Positions 49,461-59,931 of a DNA stretch of 64,000 nt are shown here, one piece after another. The first letter of the stretch is position 1. Every line of letters starts with the position of its first letter. Below the pieces are notes generated by a model, which worked only from the letters and a program-made list of their open reading frames with translations, did not search any database and was not told where the DNA came from. A program made the translations under genes and the position numbers. The stretch comes from an uncultured Acidobacteriota bacterium. GTDB taxonomy: Bacteria > Acidobacteriota > UBA6911 > RPQK01 > JAPXNP01. The stretch spans positions 32,001 through 96,000 of the forward strand of contig CAVZRV010000010.1 in the NCBI GenBank assembly GCA_963777605.1, in the 5' to 3' direction.

Positions 49461-51344
49461 GTGGGAAGAGTCCGCGTTCTGCCGGAAGTACTGGCTCATC
49501 AGATTGCCGCCGGAGAAATCGTCGAGCGGCCCGCATCGGTGGTCAAAGAACTGGTGGAGAACGCAATCGACGCCGACGGACGTTCCGTTAGGGTATACCT
49601 GGAAGAGGGCGGAAAGAGCCTCATCAGGGTTTCGGACAACGGCTACGGGATGTCGAGGGACGATGCGCTCCTTGCCTTCGAACACCACGCGACCAGCAAG
49701 ATTTTTTCAGTCGAGGACCTTACCCGGATCAACACCCTGGGATTTCGTGGTGAGGCGCTGCCATCGATTGCTTCGGTCTCCCGGCTCCGATTGCGAACGG
49801 TCGATCGGGAAGCCCAGGAGTCGGGCTTCGCGCCGGGAACGGAGATTCACTATGCTGGAGGCAATCGCGAACTCCTGAGTGAAGTGGCGTGGCCTGCGGG
49901 CACCGAGATCGTCGTCGAAGACCTCTTCTACAATATTCCGGCCCGCCGCAAGTTCCTCAAGACTTCTTCTACGGAACTCAGCCATGTTTCACGTCTCATC
50001 ACCTGCTACGCGCTGGCATTTCCCGGACTGGAGTTTCGCCTCGATCACCACTCCCGCAACTTGATCGAGGCCTCCCCGGTTGACCAGCTTTCTGATCGCG
50101 TGTTCCAATTGTTCGGTGAGCGCCTGGTTCACGCACTGACACCACTCGACTATTCCTTTGAAGGAGTGCAGGTTGCAGGGTTTGCTTCCCTGCCCCACGA
50201 GCAGCGGAACAACGCCAATGGGCTCTACCTCTTCGTCAACCGGCGCATTGTCCGTGACCGGCTTTTGACTCATGCCATTCGCCAGGCCTACCGCGACTTG
50301 ATCCCGTCGGCGGCCTATCCGGTCGTCGTGCTCTTCATCGAAACCGATCCCGGCCTCATCGATGTCAATGTCCATCCCACAAAGGCCGAGATCCGATTTC
50401 GGAAGTCAAACGACGTCCACCGCGCGATCACCCGCGCCATCGAACACGCGCTGGCCGCCCATCGGACCGGGCTCAGCAGCCTCGCCCGGGACATGGAGAC
50501 ATCGAGATCGGAAGGCGCTTCCGGTCACCAGGAATCGATTGCGCGCAGCATCGGAGGTTTTCTTTCCCGGACCTCAACGAGCCCGCTCTTCGGATCCCAA
50601 GAACGTCATTTCTCCCCTTCTCCGGGTGCTTCCGACAACGAAGTCTGGAGAAGCAACAGTGTTATCGGCGAACCTCCGGCGGACTCCTACGTCCCTTCCG
50701 GGGCGTCCCCCCACGGACGTGAGTTGCCGCGGATCGACCACCTGCCGACGACGCCGGTGGCGTTGGGCCAGTTCGTGGAGAGCTTCATCGTGGCGGCGGA
50801 CCGTGAGGGGATTCTCGTCATCGACCAGCACGTCGCTCACGAGCGGATCCTTTATGACCGCGCCCTCCGAACACTCGGATCCGAGGAACAGATCCCGGTG
50901 CAGAAACTGCTCGTGCCCGAAACCCTGGACCTCGACCCTCAGCACCTCTCAGTCGCGAAGGAGGCCCTCGGGTTCCTCAATGCCAACGGCTTCGACGTGG
51001 ACTGGTTCGGATCCAGCACCCTCGTCGTTCGGGGCGTTCCGGCCGTGGCCGGCAACACGGATGCCCGAAAATTGCTCGAAGAACTCCTCGAGGAACTCAC
51101 CGATTTCGAAGAATTGCGTCACCAGGACGAGAGCCGGGGGCTGCGACGGGTCCGCGAGAAGATCGCGATTTCCCTTTCCTGCCGGGCCGCGATCAAGATC
51201 AACACTCCGTTGTCGCCCGAGAAAATTCAGTGGCTTCTCGACGAACTGTTCCACTGCCAGAACCCTTACACCTGCCCTCACGGTCGTCCAATCGTACTTC
51301 GGCTGGGCCTGGAAGAAATTCTCAGGGGCTTCAAGCGCTCTTGA
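49461..51344 (+). CDS. mutL: DNA mismatch repair endonuclease MutL
   Basis: IAAGEIVERPASVVKELVEN, HATSK, GFRGEAL, DVNVHP; C-terminal DQHVAHERILYD, QKLLVP, SCR, CPHGRP. Confidence 0.97.
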   Translation: MGRVRVLPEVLAHQIAAGEIVERPASVVKELVENAIDADGRSVRVYLEEGGKSLIRVSDNGYGMSRDDALLAFEHHATSKIFSVEDLTRINTLGFRGEALPSIASVSRLRLRTVDREAQESGFAPGTEIHYAGGNRELLSEVAWPAGTEIVVEDLFYNIPARRKFLKTSSTELSHVSRLITCYALAFPGLEFRLDHHSRNLIEASPVDQLSDRVFQLFGERLVHALTPLDYSFEGVQVAGFASLPHEQRNNANGLYLFVNRRIVRDRLLTHAIRQAYRDLIPSAAYPVVVLFIETDPGLIDVNVHPTKAEIRFRKSNDVHRAITRAIEHALAAHRTGLSSLARDMETSRSEGASGHQESIARSIGGFLSRTSTSPLFGSQERHFSPSPGASDNEVWRSNSVIGEPPADSYVPSGASPHGRELPRIDHLPTTPVALGQFVESFIVAADREGILVIDQHVAHERILYDRALRTLGSEEQIPVQKLLVPETLDLDPQHLSVAKEALGFLNANGFDVDWFGSSTLVVRGVPAVAGNTDARKLLEELLEELTDFEELRHQDESRGLRRVREKIAISLSCRAAIKINTPLSPEKIQWLLDELFHCQNPYTCPHGRPIVLRLGLEEILRGFKRS

Positions 51345-51758
51345 CGTAAGGGACCGCGCGGGCAGCCGCTCTGGACTGGTGGAATGGTCGTCCGCGGGAC
51401 CGGCAGGTTACAGAGAGGCAGGCCCACACCGGGCCTGCGTCCGTGGCGTGGTGCCGAACGGGGTTTGGAATCGTGTTCGCGGGAGTTATGAACGCCTTTC
51501 GGTCGGCTCCTTGCGGGATGCTGTTCCGGGATACCCGGGGCGCGCAGTCTTACCCCCGACTCTTTGTGCTCGGCACCCTGGGTCCAGCCGCTCGCTCGGT
51601 TCGTGGTTGTACTGATGGTGAGGGTTTCGGTCGGCACGCCACCGAATCCCAACTGGCTCAATCGGTTCCCGTGGCGCTCGTGGAGCCACTTCCATTCTTG
51701 ACACAGAGCACCTTGACACGGTCGTCGAAGCCGCCGTGCGGAAGGTTCCGATGAACGG

Positions 51759-52847
51759 CTACCGGTCATTCCGGAAGGCTTCACGGTTGACCACGTAGGG
51801 CATCCGGGCCAGGTCTCCGTCGTAGCGGTTCTCCAAGACATCGATCAGCCCCTGGACGCAACGTCCCGCCATTCCAATCGCAGGGTCCGGCGAAAGGCGG
51901 GTTTCCCTCGTCCCGCTGGCAAAGTGGTGGTAGAGGCGAAGCCGTTCCCGCAGGCCCGGGTCGCGCAGTGGGGAGTCGGCCGGGAGCGGCTCCCGCTCAA
52001 AAACGTCCAGGGCCGCCCCTGCGATCCAGCCTTCGGTGAGCGCGCGGTGAAGGGCCGATTCATCCACGACCGGTCCCCGGGAAGTGTTGATCAGGTAGGC
52101 CGTTCGCTTCATGGAGCGCAGGGCCTTCTCGTCGATCAGATGACGCGTCCTGTTGCTCAGGGGAACATGGAGGCTCACAAAGTCGGCGGACGCGATCGCC
52201 TCAGCGAAGGAAACATATCGGAAAGAGCACCCGCCGCGACTCAAGCCGGCCTGGGCGGTCCGGATTGCCTCCACAGATTTTGCGAGGGCCGGATCAGGGT
52301 GTTCGTCGCAACCGAGGATATTCATCTCGAATCCGGTGCACTTGAGAGCGAACGCCTTCCCGATTCTCCCGGTACCGATCACGGCTACGGTCTTCCCGGT
52401 CACCTCATCTCCCAGCATCGGCAGAAATGGATGCCAGGTCTTCCAGGTCTGCTCCCTCACCATGCGCTCGCTCGCCTCAAGCTTTCGGGCTGCTGCCCCA
52501 AGGAGAAAGAAGGCAAATTCCGCCGTTGCGTGGGTCAGAACCTCGGCCGTGTTCGTGAAGGGGATCCGATACCGGTTCGCGGCCTCACGATCGATGTTGT
52601 CGAATCCCACGGCATCCTGGGCGACAACCTTGAGGGTCCCCTTCCCGGCAGCGAAAACCTCTTCATCGATCTGATCCCTCAACGTGGTGATCAACCCGTC
52701 GATGCCCGATCGGACCTGTTCGAGGATGAGGGACTTCGGCGGGGGTTGGAGGTGTTCGTAGACCTCGAGTTCGTACCCGAGGTCGGACAGTCGGTCGAGG
52801 GCTTTCTCCCCAATATTGCAGGTGGCAAAAATCCGTCTACTCGTCAT
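51759..52847 (-). CDS. D-2-hydroxyacid dehydrogenase (glyoxylate/D-glycerate reductase-like)
   Basis: AVGFDNID, GTGRIG, SLHVPL, INTSRGPVVDE, LDVFEREP, catalytic His in HHFAS. Confidence 0.9.
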   Translation of the reverse strand: MTSRRIFATCNIGEKALDRLSDLGYELEVYEHLQPPPKSLILEQVRSGIDGLITTLRDQIDEEVFAAGKGTLKVVAQDAVGFDNIDREAANRYRIPFTNTAEVLTHATAEFAFFLLGAAARKLEASERMVREQTWKTWHPFLPMLGDEVTGKTVAVIGTGRIGKAFALKCTGFEMNILGCDEHPDPALAKSVEAIRTAQAGLSRGGCSFRYVSFAEAIASADFVSLHVPLSNRTRHLIDEKALRSMKRTAYLINTSRGPVVDESALHRALTEGWIAGAALDVFEREPLPADSPLRDPGLRERLRLYHHFASGTRETRLSPDPAIGMAGRCVQGLIDVLENRYDGDLARMPYVVNREAFRNDR

Positions 52848-52862
52848 GCTGCTGCTGATCTC

Positions 52863-54056
52863 CTAACCCTCGGTCAGATTGCTCTTCCCGGCCATGAACC
52901 CCGAAATGGTGTCGGAAATTCGCCCGATCCCCTCTTCCAAAACCTCCATCGATGTGGCGTAGGAGATTCTGATGAAACCCTCGCCATACCTCCCAAACGA
53001 CGTGCCCGAAAGAAGCGCAACTCCCGCCTCCCTGAGTAAAAGGCGTTGGAGCTGTAATGCCGGCATCCCGGTACTGCGCACCGAGGGAAACGCGTAGAAT
53101 GCCCCTCGCGGCGTTCGACACGTGATGCCGTCAATCGCGTTCAGCATCGGAACCACCCGGTCCCGACGGCTTCGAAAGGTCTCCAGCATGGTCCTACAGG
53201 CCGACTGCTCGCCCCGCAGTGCAGCAACGCCCGCCTTCTGGGTGAACGCAGCCGTGCACGAATTCGAATTGATCATCAGTTTCGTCACTGCCTGCGCCAG
53301 CGCCCGTGGCATCACCCCGTAGCCCAACCGCCAGCCTGTCATCGCGTAGGTCTTCGAGAAGCCGTCCAGGATTATCGTCCGGTCTTTCATACCCGGGACC
53401 GACGCGATGCTCGAGTGGGGCTCCTCATAGAGAAGGCGGCTGTAAATCTCGTCGGACAGGACCGTCAGATTCCGGCCCAGACAGTCCACGGCCAGTTCGG
53501 CCAAATCGTCGCGCGTCAAGATGGAACCGGTCGGATTACTCGGGGAGTTGAGAATGATCAGTCGGGTTCGATCGGTGATCTTTTCCCGAACGTCCCCAAG
53601 GTCCATGCGGAAGTCCAGTTCTTCCCGGAGTGGTGCCGGCACCGGCGTGGCTCCTACAAAACGGATCATCGACTCGTAGATCGGAAATCCCGGATTGGGA
53701 TAGATCACCTCGACTCCCGGTTCCGCCAGCGCCAGGAGAGTAAAGAAAATGATCGGCTTGGCTCCCGGGGTAACCACGACCTCGTCGGGCGACACCGGGA
53801 TCTTGCGCGTCTCGGAGACATGCTCGGCAATCGCCTCCCGGAGGTCCGGAATCCCCGGTGCGGGAACGTAGTGATGCCAGCCGTCCCGTAAAGCCTGCAC
53901 CGCCGCTTCCACGATGAAGTCGGCAGTTGGAAAATCAGGTTCTCCGATCTCCAGGTGAAGGATCTTCCGCCCATCTTTTTCAAGCGCCTTGGCAGCGGCC
54001 AAGACTTCGAAAGCAGTTTCGGTTCCGAGGCGATCCATTCGTTCGGCAAAATCCAT
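52863..54056 (-). CDS. PLP-dependent aminotransferase class I/II (aspartate aminotransferase-like)
   Basis: IGEPDF, NSPSNPTG, SDEIY, GFSKTYAMTGWRLG; start ATG 54056. Confidence 0.93.
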   Translation of the reverse strand: MDFAERMDRLGTETAFEVLAAAKALEKDGRKILHLEIGEPDFPTADFIVEAAVQALRDGWHHYVPAPGIPDLREAIAEHVSETRKIPVSPDEVVVTPGAKPIIFFTLLALAEPGVEVIYPNPGFPIYESMIRFVGATPVPAPLREELDFRMDLGDVREKITDRTRLIILNSPSNPTGSILTRDDLAELAVDCLGRNLTVLSDEIYSRLLYEEPHSSIASVPGMKDRTIILDGFSKTYAMTGWRLGYGVMPRALAQAVTKLMINSNSCTAAFTQKAGVAALRGEQSACRTMLETFRSRRDRVVPMLNAIDGITCRTPRGAFYAFPSVRSTGMPALQLQRLLLREAGVALLSGTSFGRYGEGFIRISYATSMEVLEEGIGRISDTISGFMAGKSNLTEG

Positions 54057-54159
54057 AGTCTCATTCCCTTGTTCGGAATCTCCCTTGACAAGGCTCGGAA
54101 GCACGCCCAATCGGGTACTATCAGAGGCCAAGTCCTTCCATGTCCCGGGATGGTGAACC

Positions 54160-55074
54160 ATGTGCGATCATAGCAGTCCTGAGCTCATGAAACTTGAGAC
54201 ACGCTTTGCAGAGGTGACGGTTACCCAGCTTTCGGCCCCCGATGACATGCTGGGCCTGGAAGAACTCCAGCGGGAAATCTGGGGATACGGAGAACCCGGC
54301 GCCGACCCTCCATACCCGGCTCGTGCCCTGTTTGCCCTCTCCGAGAGCGGCGGACTGGTGTCCCTCGCCACAGTCGCGGGAGAAAGGGCAGGCTTCAGCC
54401 TGGCCTGGCTCGGGCGCACGCCCGAGGGCTCGACTCCGTACCTGCACAGCCAACTGGTGGGTGTCCGGCCGGGTTTCCGCCGCCGCGGCGTCGGCTTTTC
54501 GATCAAGCTCCACCAGCGAAGTTATGCACTTTCCAACGATCTCCTGCTGATGCGATGGACTTTTGACCCGCTTCGGGCCGCCAACGCGCGCTTGAATCTG
54601 GGACTACTCGGAGCGGTCTGCCGCCAATTTCGGCCCCACTACTACGGACATTTGGGAAGCAAATTCGGCTCAGGGGATCAGTCGGACCGGCTCTGGGCGG
54701 AGTGGCCCCTGGACTCGCCTCACGTTTCGAATCGAATTCATGGTCCGAAATCGAGCCGGCCGTTGCCTGGCGTCGTCGTAAACAACTGCCGCCCGGGCGA
54801 CGGACCAGGGGACGGTTTGATCGAACTGGTGGATTGGAATCCAACGCTCGATGCTTCGGAACTGGCGCTGGAGATCCCGACCGACTTTCAAACAGTGCGC
54901 AGTTCGAACCCGGAGTCAGCGCGTAGATGGCGGGTTGGCTTGCGGGAGATTCTCGAACATTATCTCTCCCGTGACTGGATTGCGACGGACTTGAATCTCA
55001 GCGAGGAGAGCGGCCGGACCAGGGCATTCTATACCCTGACACGGTTGCCCTTCGAACTCGTGCTGACGGGCTGA
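54160..55074 (+). CDS. predicted GNAT-superfamily acyltransferase (COG3375-like)
   Basis: LQREIWG, LHSQLVGV....RRRGVG..IK..QR, WTFDPL...NA.LN, SDRL..EW; start 54160 or 54187. Confidence 0.82.
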   Translation: MCDHSSPELMKLETRFAEVTVTQLSAPDDMLGLEELQREIWGYGEPGADPPYPARALFALSESGGLVSLATVAGERAGFSLAWLGRTPEGSTPYLHSQLVGVRPGFRRRGVGFSIKLHQRSYALSNDLLLMRWTFDPLRAANARLNLGLLGAVCRQFRPHYYGHLGSKFGSGDQSDRLWAEWPLDSPHVSNRIHGPKSSRPLPGVVVNNCRPGDGPGDGLIELVDWNPTLDASELALEIPTDFQTVRSSNPESARRWRVGLREILEHYLSRDWIATDLNLSEESGRTRAFYTLTRLPFELVLTG

Positions 55075-55086
55075 GCCCTGCAATCG

Positions 55087-55416
55087 CTAGGTCCGGACGG
55101 CCTTTTCGAGCTTCCGGATTCGATCCGAAATCAGGTTCCGACTACTCTCGAGGGTATCGAGCAAAGCCTTGCGAAGTTCGTTCTCCTTTTCAGGCTGTTT
55201 TCGGCTCCATCTTGAATAGGAATCGACCCAGTCTTCTATCCGGTCCTTCAGATCGTCCCGGAATTCCTTTGCCTGATCGCCAAAGTCACCCGTAACCCTG
55301 CGAAGGTCTTTCCTCGTCTTCGTTCCAGACTGGGGAGCAAAGAGTATTCCGAGCGCGGCACCAACAACAGCGGCGCCCGAGACCAACAAAACCAACTCTG
55401 ATTTATTGTCCAACAT
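55087..55416 (-). CDS. YtxH-domain protein
   Basis: GAAVVGAALGILFAPQSGTKTR followed by a coiled coil. Confidence 0.88.
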   Translation of the reverse strand: MLDNKSELVLLVSGAAVVGAALGILFAPQSGTKTRKDLRRVTGDFGDQAKEFRDDLKDRIEDWVDSYSRWSRKQPEKENELRKALLDTLESSRNLISDRIRKLEKAVRT

Positions 55417-55782
55417 GATGAATCTCTGAATCCTTTCTTCTATCGATATGCGGTTAATTCATTTTTCGAGTTCCAGGGAGGCGAACGGCGCCATGCAACA
55501 ACTCGCGCAGCAAAGAGAACGTGCCGCTAAGGCCTTCCATTTTTCAGAACAGAACTACTGCTCCCCAGTTTGGCTACTCACGACCGCAACGCCAATCGCT
55601 AGAACGTTGAAGCTGACGTAGCGATCGATGTATCCACGTAGCAGTTAGTGCTACAGAACAAATTGACGAAGAGCGGTTTCCCCCTGATTGCGGAGAGGTT
55701 AAATTGATAATGAGCTCCACATGAAAACTAAATGCTGCGCGGACCTATGCGCCGGGCACTTGACCCGAGACGGTGCACTCAG

Positions 55783-58700
55783 ATGAACCGAACGAAAATT
55801 GAACTCAGAAGCGACACCATCGATGCCGTAATTCTGGATATGGACGGTGTGATCACAAATACCGCGACTATTCACTCCCGGGCGTGGACTGAAACCTTCA
55901 ACACATTTCTCCAGGAGTTGGACTCGGACCAGCTCCCCTTTTCCTCAGAAGACTATCGCCACTATGTTGACGGCAAACCCCGTTACGACGGGGTCCGCAG
56001 CTTCCTGGACTCCCGAGGTATTGACCTGCCCGAGGGATCGGACGACGACCCTCCGTCGGAAAAGACGATTCACGGCCTTGGAAATCGCAAAAACCGGCGC
56101 TTTAGGGAACTGCTCGAGGAGGAGCCCGTCGAACCTTTTTCCGACACGGTCAGGTTCATTAGCCGAGCGAAAGACGCGGGGCTCCGGATTGCCGTGATTT
56201 CAGCAAGTGAAAATGCCGAGCAGGTCCTTCGGGCAGCCGGTGTAGCCGGCCTTTTCGAGGTTCGCGTTGACGGCGTGGTCATGAAGGAGATGGGACTCGA
56301 CGGGAAGCCGGCGCCTGACATCTTCGTCGAAGCCGCCCGCCGCCTGACGTGTGCCCCCAGGCGTTGTGTGGTTGTAGAGGACGCTGAAGCCGGGGTGCAG
56401 GCCGGTCGCACCGGAAACTTTGCATTTGTGATCGGCCTGGCCAGAAGTGGCCATCCCCAGGCACTTCGCAAGAAGGGCGCTGACTGGGTCGCTTCGGGCA
56501 GCCTCGACGGGGTAGTGATTTCTTCTGTCGAACCGGGACCCACCGTCCATCACATCTCCGCTAAGGACGCCCCTTCGGGCGAAGATTTTCTGGCGGCGAT
56601 GGGTGAACGGAGTCCGGTCATTTTCCTCGACTACGACGGAACCTTGACCCCGATTGTCAGGCGGCCTGAAGATGCCGTTCTCTCCCCCGAAATGCGCTTA
56701 ATGCTGGAACGGCTTGCCTGGGAGTTCCCGGTTGCCATCGTGAGCGGCCGCGATCTTAACGACCTGAGAGATAGGGTTGGAATCGAGGGTGTCACCTATG
56801 CCGGCAGTCACGGGTTTCAGATCTGCGGGGCCCGAATCGATGACTGGGAGCATCCGGATGCCCAGTCTTCCCTGGAAGCCCTCGACAAAGCGGAGCAGAG
56901 CCTTTCCCAACGGTTGGAAAAACTCGATGGGGTACAGGTTGAGCGGAAGCGCTACGCCGTCGCCGTCCACTTCCGGCGGGCCCATGCCGATGCCGTCCCC
57001 GAAGTCGAGAATACCGTCGATTCCGTAGTCACCGAGTGCGGCCTGCGAAAAACGGGCGGAAAGAAGGTCTTTGAACTGCGCCCAACGATCGATTGGGACA
57101 AGGGAAAAGCTCTCGTCAAGATTGCCTCCATGATGGATCTGGAACAGGACGACATCTTCCCGATTTACATCGGGGACGACACAACGGATGAAGACGCGTT
57201 CGCAGTCGTTAAGGGGTGGGGTGCGGGAATCCGCGTCGGCGGCGGTGAGGAGACCAAAGCCGGTTACACTCTGGACGATGTCGACGCAGTCGAAGAATTC
57301 CTCGGACGCTTTCAGCACTCGGCCCGAGCGGGCAGCCAGTGGAAAATGGTCTATGACGAGTACCAGCCGGAAGCAGAGGGCCTTCGCGAGACCCTCTGCT
57401 CCCTCGGAAATGGCTACATGGTGACTCGGGCGGCTTCACCCGACTCCTCCAACAACAGTGCTCACTATCCCGGAACCTACCTCGCGGGCGGCTACAATCG
57501 TCTCACCACAGAGGTTTCCGGTCGTGAGATCGAGAACGAAGACCTCGTCAACTTCCCCAACTGGCTCTGCCTGTCGGTTCGGATCGAGAACGGGGACTGG
57601 TTCGAAATCGACCGGGCCCACCTGGTTTCGTTCATTCAGGCACTCGATCTCAAGGAGGGGATCCTGCGGAGGGCGATCCGGTTCAAGGATGACGAAGGCC
57701 GCGTGACCTCCTGGCTCGAACGTCGGCTAGTGAGCATGGATGATCCCCACCTGGCCGGACTTGAGGTCCGAATCCAGCCCGAGAACTGGAGCGGTATACT
57801 CGAGGTGCGGTCTGGGATCGATGGTGACATCATCAACGACGGTGTCGAGCGATACCGCGATCTGAATCAGCGACACCTGGAGGTCCTGGAGACGCAGGAA
57901 GTCAGCGAGGACACGGTCCTGCTTCACTGCCGGACGGTCCAATCCCGGCTCGAGGTAGCCGAGGCGGTCCGAACTCGGGTCTTTTCCTGTACCGGACCGA
58001 TTGACTCTAAGCGATCCACGGAACGAGAACAACGGAGAGTTGACCAGCATCTTCAAGTCCGAGTCGAAACTGGAACATCGGTTCGGATCGAGAAGATCCT
58101 TTCGCTGCACACGTCAAGAGATCGTGCGGGCTGCGAGGCCGTTCATGATGCGGTGAAAACTCTTGCGGAGGCCCCGGGATTTACCGCCCTCTACGTCTCC
58201 CATCGACAGGCATGGCATCAACTCTGGCAGGACTGTGACTTTCAGCTGACCGTCCGAGACGGAAATCAGACCAGCCTCAAGCTTCGGCTCTACGTATTCC
58301 ACCTGATGCAAACGATTTCTTTGCACAGCGCCGATCTCGATGTGGGTTTCCCTGCCCGAGGGTGGCACGGTGAAGCCTATCGCGGACACATCTTTTGGGA
58401 CGAACTGTTCATCTTCCCGTTTCTCAACCTTCGCCTCCCAATGCTGACGCGCTCGTTGCTCAAATACCGCACGCGGAGGCTTCCCATGGCCAGGAAGCTT
58501 GCCGCGGACGCAGGTTTTTCCGGTGCGATGTTCCCCTGGCAAAGCGGAAGCAGTGGACGTGAGGAGAGCCAGGTGGTTCACCTCAATCCCGAATCCGGAA
58601 GGTGGCTTCCCGACAATACCTACCGGCAACGACACGTCAACCTAGCCATCGCCTACAACATCTGGCGCTACCTCGAATCCACCGAGGACTATCAGTTCCT

Positions 58701-59781
58701 CGAATTCTACGGGGCTGAGATGATGCTCGAAATAACCCGTTTCTGGGCCAGCATCGCGACCTATAACCAGGAACTCGACCGCTATGAGATCAAATCGGTT
58801 ATGGGTCCTGATGAGTTCCACACCGCCTACCCAGATGCGGACCCGTCGAAAGAAGGAGGAATTGACAACAACGCCTACACCAACGTGATGGCATCCTGGC
58901 TCATTCAGTGTACCCAGGACCTCATGGAACGGCTCTCCGAAGTTCGGAGAACACAGATCTACGACAAACTGGACATCACGGACGCTGAACTGGACCGCTG
59001 GGACGCGATCAGTCGTAAACTCCGCGTAGTCTTCCACGACGACGGCATCATCAGCCAGTTCGAGGGCTATGACGATTTGGAGGAATTCGATTGGGACGGC
59101 TATCGCGAACGGTACGGAGACATCCAGCGTCTCGATCGAATTCTGGAGTCGGAGGGCGATAGTCCCAACCGATACAAGGCCTCGAAGCAGCCGGACGTTC
59201 TGATGCTCTTCTTCCTGTTTTCGGCCGACGAACTTCAGCTCCTGCTCGAGCACATGGGATATGCTTTCGACACATCCCTGATCCCGAAGAATATCCAGTA
59301 CTACCTGGCGCGTTCGAGCGAAGGATCGTCCCTGAGTCGGGCCGTTCACAGTTGGCTTCTCGCCCGCCTCGACCGGGCGGCATCCTGGCACCTGTTTCAG
59401 GAGTCTCTTGACAGCGATTTTCGTGACATCCAGGGCGGCACGACCCCTGAGGGCATCCACACCGGCGCAATGGCCGGAACCGTTGACCTGATTCACCGGT
59501 GCTATACGGGTCTGGAGCAGAGAGGCGGAATTCTCCACTTCGACCCGGTCCTGCCCGACAGTCTCGAGGCACTCTCCCTGAAGGTCTGGTACCGGCGTCA
59601 CAAGCTGGCCATCGAGATCACCCGGAAGTATCTCTCCGTGACCAGCTGCCCGGTTTCCAATCAGCCAATCAAAGTCGCCTACCGGGGGCGCATCCGGGAA
59701 CTCGCGGCCGGCGGCTCGGTTCGTTTCCATCTGCGACCTCGAGCCGGGGAACAGATGCGGAAGGAATCCCAGGAGGGCTGA
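55783..59781 (+). CDS. fusion of beta-phosphoglucomutase-like HAD, trehalose-6-phosphate phosphatase and GH65 phosphorylase
   Basis: DMDGV..DGKPRYDG..GKPAPD..VVEDA; DYDGTL..SGR..GSHG..ELRP..WDKG..GDDTTDEDAF; LGNGY, YRGHIFWDE, GPDEFH, DNNAYTN, KQPDV, GSSLS. Confidence 0.92.
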   Translation: MNRTKIELRSDTIDAVILDMDGVITNTATIHSRAWTETFNTFLQELDSDQLPFSSEDYRHYVDGKPRYDGVRSFLDSRGIDLPEGSDDDPPSEKTIHGLGNRKNRRFRELLEEEPVEPFSDTVRFISRAKDAGLRIAVISASENAEQVLRAAGVAGLFEVRVDGVVMKEMGLDGKPAPDIFVEAARRLTCAPRRCVVVEDAEAGVQAGRTGNFAFVIGLARSGHPQALRKKGADWVASGSLDGVVISSVEPGPTVHHISAKDAPSGEDFLAAMGERSPVIFLDYDGTLTPIVRRPEDAVLSPEMRLMLERLAWEFPVAIVSGRDLNDLRDRVGIEGVTYAGSHGFQICGARIDDWEHPDAQSSLEALDKAEQSLSQRLEKLDGVQVERKRYAVAVHFRRAHADAVPEVENTVDSVVTECGLRKTGGKKVFELRPTIDWDKGKALVKIASMMDLEQDDIFPIYIGDDTTDEDAFAVVKGWGAGIRVGGGEETKAGYTLDDVDAVEEFLGRFQHSARAGSQWKMVYDEYQPEAEGLRETLCSLGNGYMVTRAASPDSSNNSAHYPGTYLAGGYNRLTTEVSGREIENEDLVNFPNWLCLSVRIENGDWFEIDRAHLVSFIQALDLKEGILRRAIRFKDDEGRVTSWLERRLVSMDDPHLAGLEVRIQPENWSGILEVRSGIDGDIINDGVERYRDLNQRHLEVLETQEVSEDTVLLHCRTVQSRLEVAEAVRTRVFSCTGPIDSKRSTEREQRRVDQHLQVRVETGTSVRIEKILSLHTSRDRAGCEAVHDAVKTLAEAPGFTALYVSHRQAWHQLWQDCDFQLTVRDGNQTSLKLRLYVFHLMQTISLHSADLDVGFPARGWHGEAYRGHIFWDELFIFPFLNLRLPMLTRSLLKYRTRRLPMARKLAADAGFSGAMFPWQSGSSGREESQVVHLNPESGRWLPDNTYRQRHVNLAIAYNIWRYLESTEDYQFLEFYGAEMMLEITRFWASIATYNQELDRYEIKSVMGPDEFHTAYPDADPSKEGGIDNNAYTNVMASWLIQCTQDLMERLSEVRRTQIYDKLDITDAELDRWDAISRKLRVVFHDDGIISQFEGYDDLEEFDWDGYRERYGDIQRLDRILESEGDSPNRYKASKQPDVLMLFFLFSADELQLLLEHMGYAFDTSLIPKNIQYYLARSSEGSSLSRAVHSWLLARLDRAASWHLFQESLDSDFRDIQGGTTPEGIHTGAMAGTVDLIHRCYTGLEQRGGILHFDPVLPDSLEALSLKVWYRRHKLAIEITRKYLSVTSCPVSNQPIKVAYRGRIRELAAGGSVRFHLRPRAGEQMRKESQEG

Positions 59782-59931
59782 TCGGGTCTTGGGTTTCACG
59801 TACGAAAAGTATAGCTGTTCGGGGACTGCATCAGCCTCAAGATTCGGACCGGTCCGGCCAGTTTGCGTTCGCGGAAACCCAAAAACCGCTTGCGTCTGGT
59901 AAAGTCTCTCAATAGGAGGCTGACCGGAGGA

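Noticed and set aside
51443-51754. Small ORFs in the mutL-dehydrogenase gap (51443-51754 +, 51486-51719 -, 51278-51841 -)
   Set aside because: No SD, no motifs and composition typical of spurious frames
55510-55526. sigma54-like CGGCACGTTCTCTTTGC facing ytxH
   Set aside because: GG to GC spacing is 12 nt rather than the required 10
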